Below are positions 34,607 to 42,269 of a stretch of DNA of 44,806 nt, one piece after another; within the stretch, counting starts at the first letter, position 1, and each line of letters opens with the position of its first letter. The translations under genes and the position numbers were made by a program. The DNA lies in NCBI GenBank assembly GCA_019323135.1, contig JAHWHT010000001.1, positions 1-44,806 on the forward strand. Direction: 5' to 3'. The DNA comes from Candidatus Woesearchaeota archaeon. Lineage in GTDB: Archaea > Nanobdellota > Nanobdellia > Woesearchaeales > ARS49. Below the pieces are notes generated by a model. That model was not told the origin of the DNA. It did no database searches and worked only from the letters and a program-made list of their open reading frames with translations.

Positions 34607-35272
34607 ATGTTAACAGAACTGCCTGAAAAAGCAAAAGAAGTGCTGAAGAAAGAGAAAATCACAGAGCTAAGACCTGCGCAAGAAAAAGCAATTAAAGCAG
34701 GATTGTTTAAGGGAAAGAATCTTTTGATATGCACGCCAACTGCATCAGGAAAAACACTGATAGCAGAAATGGCAGCAGCAAAAAACATTCTTGAAGGCAA
34801 AGGGAAAACAATCTATATTGTTCCTTTGGTTGCATTAGCAACAGAGAAATACAAAGAGTTCAAGAGAAAATACGAACACTTGTTTAAAATCGCATTAAGT
34901 ATCGGAGATTATGACCGTTCTGAAACACAACTAATTGACGCAGACCTGATAATCTGCACTGCAGAGAAATTAGATAGTTTAATACGACATCATTCTCCTT
35001 GGCTAAAGTTTGTTAGCTTGGTTGTGGTTGATGAAATACATTTAATGAATGATGTTAGCAGAGGACCAACACTAGAAATAATAATCACAGTCTTGAAAAA
35101 AGTTCTTCCTAACATACAGATAATAGGATTATCTGCAACAATAGGTAATCCTGGTGAGTTAGCAGAGTGGCTTAATGCAGAACTAGTTCTTGATACATGG
35201 AGACCTGTTCCTTTGAAAAAAGGAGTTTATTTACAGGGAGAAGTTGAATTTGAAGAAAAGAAAAAAAATTAA
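34607..35272 (+). pseudogene. Hel308/Ski2-like helicase, first RecA domain only (truncated or split gene)
   Basis: 221 aa. Q-motif region RPAQ, Walker A CTPTASGKT, DEIH, SAT and WRPVPL, then a stop. No RecA2, winged-helix or ratchet domains follow. Confidence 0.6.
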
Positions 35273-35793
35273 AGTTCTTTCTCAGTTAAGTTAAGATGAT
35301 CCTGCTCAACTTGAATCAAGGCCTCGAAGATATCTTTAACTCTCTGTTCTGTTGCTTCTTCAAAGAACTTTTTGTAGTGAGCAATAGCATCAGTCTCTAA
35401 CTCTTTTGTCTTGTTTAGAGATTCTGTCTTGTCTTCTGTGCAGAGATCCTTTATGAACTCAATCTCACAGCCAGGATCTTTTCCTAACAATTTGCCCAAT
35501 AGTTCTGCGTGCTCTAGCTCGACTTTGCTCAAAGCTTTCATCATGCCAACAATGAACTCGTCTTTAGAGCGCTTGCGCATGCACTGATAAATCTTTGCTG
35601 CGTTTACTTCAAGATTGTAAGCAAATTCTACATTCTTCTTAGAAATCTCACTTAGTTCAGGAACTTCTGGCTCTTTATACTCTTTAGCATCAACAAGCCA
35701 TTTTACTTCTGCACCACAAAAAGGACAGTGAGTTGGTTTAGAATTACCTACATACGCTTCTCCACATATTTTACATCTAAATACTTGTACCAT
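35269..35793 (-). CDS. Rubrerythrin-family protein with N-terminal rubredoxin-like ribbon ('reverse' order)
   Basis: 174 aa. CKICGE...CPFCGA, then a ferritin-like domain with ELEHAE and VEQDH. Confidence 0.75.
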   Translation of the reverse strand: MVQVFRCKICGEAYVGNSKPTHCPFCGAEVKWLVDAKEYKEPEVPELSEISKKNVEFAYNLEVNAAKIYQCMRKRSKDEFIVGMMKALSKVELEHAELLGKLLGKDPGCEIEFIKDLCTEDKTESLNKTKELETDAIAHYKKFFEEATEQRVKDIFEALIQVEQDHLNLTEKEL

Positions 35794-35833
35794 TTATATC
35801 TCCCTCCAAAATTTAAAAAGAAAAGAAAAAAAA

Positions 35834-36154
35834 TTAAATTTTTATTTTCTTTGCATACTTGCCGATTATTGGCAATGGCTTTTCTTTTCCTGAAAATGAA
35901 TTAATTATTCCTAATATAGTCATAATCAACATCAAAATCCACCAAACAGGCAGTAAAGCCCAACCAATTATTGGTATAAATGCAAGGATAATCCATCCGA
36001 TAATGTATACGATAAACAGAACCAAAGACTGTTTTGCGTGATACATTGCAAACTTATTATCCTTCTTTGCCAAAAGCACAATCAAGAAACCAATTATGCT
36101 TAACAAATAAGCCAGAAATGCAAATATTTTACCTTCTTCTATTTCTTTAGTCAT
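35834..36154 (-). CDS. DUF4870-like small membrane protein
   Basis: 106 aa, 3 TM. LAKKDNKFAMYHAKQSL block. Confidence 0.55.
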   Translation of the reverse strand: MTKEIEEGKIFAFLAYLLSIIGFLIVLLAKKDNKFAMYHAKQSLVLFIVYIIGWIILAFIPIIGWALLPVWWILMLIMTILGIINSFSGKEKPLPIIGKYAKKIKI

Positions 36155-36209
36155 TAATATCTACCCCCTTAATAGATAGAAAAATTGAGTAAATCATTTA
36201 TAAACTTTT

Positions 36210-37577
36210 CTAAAATAATGAAGCAAGAAGCTTTTCCTTGTCAAAAGGCTCTAAATCAGGATACTCCTGACCCATGCCCAAGTATAGAATAGGTTTTTTT
36301 GTAACATAAGAGACACTGATAGCCGCCCCTCCTTTCTCATCCACATCTGCTTTTGAGAGAATTATACCATTAATTCCAACAGCTTCATCAAACTTCTGTG
36401 CCTGCTCTGTACAGTCATTGCCTGTAATGCTCTCTCCAACAAAAATGATTAAGTCTGGCTTAGATACTCTTACAATCTTTTTCATCTCTTCAACCAGATT
36501 TTGGTCAGAGTGAAGTCTTCCAGCAGTATCAATCAAAACAACATCTTTCATCTTAGCTTCTGCATGCTTAACAGCATCAAAAGCTACAGCCGCAGCATCA
36601 GAACCATAATCATGCTTAATGAGTTTTACTCCTAGTTTATCTGCATGCAATTGCAATTGATCTATTGCCGCAGCTCGGAATGTATCTGCAGCAGCCATGA
36701 CCACAGATAAATTGTTCTGCAGAAACATGTGAGCAACTTTTGCTATTGAAGTTGTCTTTCCAGAACCATTGATTCCAACAAAACAAATAACCAATGGCTT
36801 TTTCTCTTTTGCTTTAGCAAGCAAATCAATCTGCTCAACATCAAACAATTCGCTGATAGAGTTTTTCAGAGAATTAATGACAACTTCTTCTACTTTTCCT
36901 CTAGGAACAGGATTTTCTGTAAGTTCTTTCTTTAAATCTGCTTTTATTTTCTCAATAACCTCAACAGCGACGTTATTTTCAAGCATAGCAAGCTCTAAAT
37001 CCCAGAACAATTCTTCAAACTGAGATTCAGAAACCTTTTTAGTGGTAATTTTTTCAGTGATAAATGAAAAGAAGCCTTTTTTCTTTGGTTTTTCCTCAAC
37101 CTTTGGCTTTTCTTTTACTTCTGGTTTTGGTTCTGGCTTTTTTTCAGCTTTAGGTTTTGAAATTTCTTTTGGTTTTTCTTCAACTTTAACTTCTTTCTTT
37201 TCCTCAACCTTTGGTTCTTCGATAAGTTCAGGAATCTCTTCTTCGATTTCTTCTTTAACTTCCTCAACTTTTGGTTCTTTTTTGATTTCAGGAACAGGTT
37301 CTTTTACTTCTTCAACTTTTTCTTCCTTTACTTTTTCTTCCTTTACTTTTTCTTCCTTTACTTTTTCTACTTTCTCTTTTTTTACTTCTTCAACCTTTTC
37401 TTCGACAACTTCTTCTTTAACTTCTTCAACTTTAGGGGTTTCTTTGACTTCTTCGACTTTAGGCTCTTCAACTACTTCTTTCTTGACTTCGACTACTTCT
37501 TCAGGAGCCTCTTCTTCAACCTTCTTGGTAAATTTATCAAGAGCGCCTTTTATCTTCTTTTTAAGAAAGCCAAACAT
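36210..37577 (-). CDS. ftsY: Signal recognition particle receptor FtsY with long Glu/Lys/Val-rich repetitive N-terminal domain
   Basis: 455 aa. GINGSGKTT, DTAGR and SKADVD GTPase motifs. The N-terminal ~170 aa are EEVKE/KVEE repeats. Confidence 0.9.
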   Translation of the reverse strand: MFGFLKKKIKGALDKFTKKVEEEAPEEVVEVKKEVVEEPKVEEVKETPKVEEVKEEVVEEKVEEVKKEKVEKVKEEKVKEEKVKEEKVEEVKEPVPEIKKEPKVEEVKEEIEEEIPELIEEPKVEEKKEVKVEEKPKEISKPKAEKKPEPKPEVKEKPKVEEKPKKKGFFSFITEKITTKKVSESQFEELFWDLELAMLENNVAVEVIEKIKADLKKELTENPVPRGKVEEVVINSLKNSISELFDVEQIDLLAKAKEKKPLVICFVGINGSGKTTSIAKVAHMFLQNNLSVVMAAADTFRAAAIDQLQLHADKLGVKLIKHDYGSDAAAVAFDAVKHAEAKMKDVVLIDTAGRLHSDQNLVEEMKKIVRVSKPDLIIFVGESITGNDCTEQAQKFDEAVGINGIILSKADVDEKGGAAISVSYVTKKPILYLGMGQEYPDLEPFDKEKLLASLF

Positions 37578-37581
37578 GTTT

Positions 37582-37998
37582 TTATTCTCCCTTCATCATA
37601 CCCATCTGCATGCCTTGAAACTTGCCTGCAAACTCTGTGAATTTTTCAGTCAGTTCTTTTTTTACTTTTGCAATCTCTTTAACCTGCTGCTTAAGCATTT
37701 CCTGCACTTCAGGGATAGTCTTTGTAACAGTTGTGTTGCTTCCAACATTAACAACTAATTCCTTGTTATCCTGTAATTTTGCCTTGACAAAAATACCAGA
37801 ACTCAAAGGAACAAGAACATCTGTGCCAACTTCAACCTTAGACATGTTTTCAAGAGCGTCAATAACAAACTCTATCTCCATAGACTGCTGCTCTACAGAA
37901 TTCAACTGCTGCTGCATCTGCTGTAATTGAGAGTTAAGCATCTGCATCTCCATCTGTTTTTGCTGCATTGATTGCGCGTTATCTTCTGTTTTAGCCAT
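37582..37998 (-). CDS. pfdA: Prefoldin alpha subunit
   Basis: 138 aa. Coiled-coil ends and the central VLVPLSSGIFVKAKLQDNKELVVNVGSN block. The conserved pfdA-ftsY adjacency is present. Confidence 0.8.
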   Translation of the reverse strand: MAKTEDNAQSMQQKQMEMQMLNSQLQQMQQQLNSVEQQSMEIEFVIDALENMSKVEVGTDVLVPLSSGIFVKAKLQDNKELVVNVGSNTTVTKTIPEVQEMLKQQVKEIAKVKKELTEKFTEFAGKFQGMQMGMMKGE

Positions 37999-38002
37999 AA
38001 TA

Positions 38003-38170
38003 TCACTCCAATTTCTTCAATAAATTCTCTAGGAAATGTTTATATTCATGTTCTCCCTTTAAAAAAGTTAGGGACATACCCACAAATAAAGCCTTTTGCT
38101 GTTTCTTTAGCTTGCCTAATTCTTCCTTAACAATTGTTTTCAAATAATCTTTTTCATCTTTTGTTAACAT
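38003..38170 (-). CDS. Hypothetical 55-aa protein
   Basis: Trimmed to MLTKDEKDYL (GAGGTGG RBS); the longer track ORF overlaps the scpA 3' end. Confidence 0.4.
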   Translation of the reverse strand: MLTKDEKDYLKTIVKEELGKLKKQQKALFVGMSLTFLKGEHEYKHFLENLLKKLE

Positions 38171-38189
38171 ATTATCCACCTCAAAAAAT

Positions 38190-38951
38190 TTAATCCTGAA
38201 TATTTTCAGATTCCTGCTCAGATTCATCTTTTAATTGAACCTGAATCTCGCCAAAATGTCCTTGCTGCTCTAAATGCACTTTGTTTTCATTAAACAAATG
38301 CAAAAGAGGAATAAAAGTATAAACATGATCTTTTCTCGTATCAGAAGGAACGAGCTTGCTAAAAGGAATGTGATTCTTTTCTTTGTTTAACTTAAAAAAA
38401 CCAAGAATCCTCGAATAAACACCTTTTATTGCGTCAGTGATATCAAATTTTCTCTCAGGCACAGAGACATTGGATTCTCTTATCGAATTAAAAACTCTTC
38501 TTTTCTTGACCTCAAGAGCCTGTTCCAGCGCACTAACCAAATCATAAACAGAAACTTTTCTTTTTCTTGGCTGAGGAGTTCTAGGCATTAATTCAATTCC
38601 TTCATATATTGCACGTTCTTCTCCGCGCTTTAACTCTGCTGCAAGATCGTCATAAAATTCATCTTCATCAACATCTGTTGAAGCAAGCAATCTGTCAAAC
38701 TCATTCAAGTCATCGCCAACCAAACGCTTTGATTTAATCTTAAGCAGCATTGCTGCAGCCAAAAGAACTTTTCCACTGACTTTCAAATCCATTTCTTTAA
38801 ACTTTTTTAATCTTTCAATATATTTTTTTGTAAGCGTAGAAACATTAACATCCCATGGATCCATCTCTTCTTTTCTGATAAGATCATAAATAATAGCCTT
38901 CCAACTAATCTCATTATCCTCCACAAGCATCTGAAAAAGCTTATCTTCCAT
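38190..38951 (-). CDS. scpA: Segregation and condensation protein A (kleisin)
   Basis: EEMDPWDVNVSTLTKKYIERL and overall ScpA-like layout. Start set at MEDKLFQ because the upstream 45 nt contain tttatata. The alternative start is 38996. Confidence 0.75.
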   Translation of the reverse strand: MEDKLFQMLVEDNEISWKAIIYDLIRKEEMDPWDVNVSTLTKKYIERLKKFKEMDLKVSGKVLLAAAMLLKIKSKRLVGDDLNEFDRLLASTDVDEDEFYDDLAAELKRGEERAIYEGIELMPRTPQPRKRKVSVYDLVSALEQALEVKKRRVFNSIRESNVSVPERKFDITDAIKGVYSRILGFFKLNKEKNHIPFSKLVPSDTRKDHVYTFIPLLHLFNENKVHLEQQGHFGEIQVQLKDESEQESENIQD

Positions 38952-39110
38952 AGAATCAATTATTGATAAATAGTATATAAAGTATTTGCTATTCATAACA
39001 GTAAACCTGTTAAACTAGCCTTTAGAAAAGGCTAGAATCCAAAGAGGCACGACACTAAGTCGTGCAGGCGAACTACATCATAACAAAGATAGTTCGCAGT
39101 AACAGTAAAC

Positions 39111-39120
39111 CTTTTAAATT
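39111..39120 (+). promoter_or_regulatory. TATA box (aaaCCTTTTAAATT) for the tRNA-Val/tRNA-Gly dicistron
   Basis: Lies 24 nt upstream of tRNA-Val. tRNA-Gly follows after 10 nt with no box of its own. Confidence 0.5.
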
Positions 39121-39143
39121 GCTAGTTATTTCAACAAAGACAT

Positions 39144-39216
39144 GGGCCCATGGTCTAGTGGTTATGACAACACCCTTACAAGGTGTGGATCCCCGGTTCG
39201 AATCCGGGTGGGCCCA
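39144..39216 (+). tRNA. tRNA-Val(TAC)
   Basis: Acceptor GGGCCCA/TGGGCCC. Anticodon stem ACACC/GGTGT, loop CTTACAA (TAC at 39177-39179). T-arm CCCGG TTCGAAT CCGGG. Confidence 0.9.
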
Positions 39217-39226
39217 TTCCTGTTTT

Positions 39227-39297
39227 GCGCCAGTGGTTGAATGGTACAATACGACGTTGCCAACGTTGTGGCTCGGGTTCGATTCCCGGCTGGCGCA
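39227..39297 (+). tRNA. tRNA-Gly(GCC)
   Basis: Acceptor GCGCCAG/CTGGCGC. Anticodon loop TTGCCAA (GCC at 39259-39261). T-arm TCGGG TTCGATT CCCGG. Confidence 0.9.
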
Positions 39298-39314
39298 TAT
39301 CAATTCTTTAGAAA

Positions 39315-39324
39315 CTTTTAAAAA
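39315..39324 (+). promoter_or_regulatory. TATA box (aaaCTTTTAAAAA) for tRNA-Ile
   Basis: Lies 27 nt upstream of the tRNA 5' end. Confidence 0.5.
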
Positions 39325-39350
39325 CCATTCAGAGTTTTCTACTGTTAGGC

Positions 39351-39546
39351 GGGCCCGTAGCTCAGCTTGGTTAGAGCGCTGGTCTTATATGACCACGTTT
39401 TAAACACAACTCGTCTAAGCGAGCCAGAGGTCCTGGGTTCAAACGTAAGGGACTGCACCCTATACGTACTGGCGTACGGTCAGACAAAAAGTCTGACGGG
39501 ACTCAGTCGATAATGTGATCCCTTACTGAAAGTCCCAGCGGGCCCA
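39351..39546 (+). tRNA. tRNA-Ile(TAT) with two introns (32 nt at 37/38; 89 nt at 59/60)
   Basis: Acceptor GGGCCCG/CGGGCCC. Anticodon stem CTGGT/GCCAG, anticodon TAT at 39386-39388. The canonical intron (39390-39421) has a BHB: CTTA/TAAG helix with bulges TAT and CGA. The T-loop intron is at 39444-39532. Confidence 0.85.
39444..39532 (+). repeat. Structured T-loop intron, copy 2 of the conserved ~90-nt element
   Basis: Near-identical to 22764-22853. Perfect inner helix GTAAGGGA/TCCCTTAC. Internal hairpins CGTAC-TGGC-GTACG and GTCAGAC-AAAAA-GTCTGAC. Confidence 0.8.
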
Positions 39547-39596
39547 CTTTTTTCCCAAAACCTTTAAAAACACATTCAAACTTTGTTCAAAATACG

Positions 39597-39663
39597 GGCA
39601 AATGAATTTTGCTGACGCTTAATTCATTAACAACGCGCCGTGCAGCAGTCCAGTGAACTTTTT
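39597..39663 (+). ncRNA. Candidate small RNA or truncated tRNA gene: tRNA-Glu-type leader hairpin plus 24-nt tRNA-5'-like segment plus T-run
   Basis: TATA-like cctttaaaaac at 39561-39571. Hairpin AATGAATT-ttgctgacgctt-AATTCATT at 39601-39628. GCGCCGTGCAGCAGTCCAGTGAAC at 39635-39658, then TTTTT. Confidence 0.35.
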
Positions 39664-39698
39664 AGAAAAGTTCAATCAAAAAAGCCTACAAACGGACA

Positions 39699-39726
39699 AA
39701 GGGTTTTCGCTGACGCTCAAACCCTT
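39699..39726 (+). other. 5'-leader hairpin of tRNA-Glu with conserved loop GCTGACGC
   Basis: AAGGGTTT-tcgctgacgctc-AAACCCTT, ending 7 nt before the tRNA. It covaries with the hairpin at 39601-39628. Confidence 0.5.
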
Positions 39727-39733
39727 AACATAC

Positions 39734-39808
39734 GCTCCTGTGGTGTAGTCCGGCCAATCATCGCGCACTTTCGATGCGTGGACCGGGGTTCGAATCCCCG
39801 CGGGAGCA
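39734..39808 (+). tRNA. tRNA-Glu(TTC)
   Basis: Acceptor GCTCCTG/CGGGAGC. Anticodon loop CTTTCGA (TTC at 39770-39772). T-arm CGGGG TTCGAAT CCCCG. Confidence 0.9.
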
Positions 39809-39928
39809 TTTATATTAACAAAAGACTTTTAAACTACCTACAAATTCAAACAAGCAAACAATGAAAAGAAGTTCAAGATTTAGAAAATCAAAGATTTTCT
39901 AATCTCGAACTTCGGAAATAATTAAAAA

Positions 39929-40042
39929 ATGAAGCGAAGTTCAAGACGTTGGAAAAAGAAAGGACAGATGCGCTGGAAGTGGCAGAGAAAGCGTATGAAA
40001 AAAGACAAGAGAAAGCGAGCTCAGCGAGCTGGTAAGAAATAA
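39929..40042 (+). CDS. rpl41e: Ribosomal protein eL41 (L41e)
   Basis: 37 aa, MKRSSRRWKKKGQMRWKWQRKRMKKDKRKRAQRAGKK. Matches the archaeal L41e pattern KRSSRRWKKKG-MRWKW. Below the ORF-track size cutoff. Confidence 0.8.
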   Translation: MKRSSRRWKKKGQMRWKWQRKRMKKDKRKRAQRAGKK

Positions 40043-40190
40043 ACTTTTTCTTCTTTATACCAAACTGTACAGCACAAATTGTATAAGACAATACTTTTTA
40101 CTGAGAATAAATTTTATGATATTATGATTTTAAGCAACATAAAATCAAAAAACACGATGGTTGCGTTTTTAGTATACTACAAACGCAACA

Positions 40191-40198
40191 TTTATAAA
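40191..40198 (+). promoter_or_regulatory. Candidate rRNA operon TATA box (aacaTTTATAAAtc)
   Basis: Strong TATA-like box about 210 nt upstream of the 16S. Preceded by the 9-bp hairpin GTTGCGTTT...AAACGCAAC (40160-40189). Confidence 0.4.
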
Positions 40199-40402
40199 TC
40201 AACACCAAATTCTACGTCTTATTCGTGAATCATCTCCAATAGAAAGTCGGTAAATTTTCCGGCACAACTTCTATCCTCGGGAAAGCTGAGGAACACAAGA
40301 AATCATCCTTAAACATGAGTGTCAAAACCAACGTTTTGTACACGAAAGAGAGAGCAGCTCAAGTCAATTTCAAATAAAATAATCGGCCGTATATGGTTTA
40401 CA

Positions 40403-41983
<1,581 letters not shown>

Positions 41984-42043
41984 ATTTTTTTTTTCAACTC
42001 GAAATTATTTGAACTGCTCTCTTCTTTTTTATAATCCAATACC

Positions 42044-42117
42044 GGGCCCGTAGCTCAACCTGGTAGAGCGCTGCCCTTGCAAGGCGGAGGCTTCGGGTTC
42101 GAATCCCGACGGGTCCA
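42044..42117 (+). tRNA. tRNA-Ala(TGC) in the 16S-23S spacer
   Basis: Acceptor GGGCCCG/CGGGTCC with G3:U70. Anticodon loop CTTGCAA (TGC at 42078-42080). T-arm TCGGG TTCGAAT CCCGA. Confidence 0.9.
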
Positions 42118-42269
42118 TTTACACTTGGACCCAAAAATCACGTTTACCAATTCATTAACAAATTACTCTTGAACTAAACACTCAAGGGTGAAAGGACGAG
42201 GGAATCAACTTCATTTTTCCTTATGATACCGTGCATAGACCAAAAATATTGGCCATCTGAAAAAGAAAA

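Noticed and set aside
37042-37758. 238-aa Ser/Thr/Phe-rich ORF on the plus strand
   Set aside because: It is the mirror image of the Glu/Lys/Val repeat region of ftsY. Its composition is dictated by the repeat, and it also spans the ftsY/pfdA boundary.
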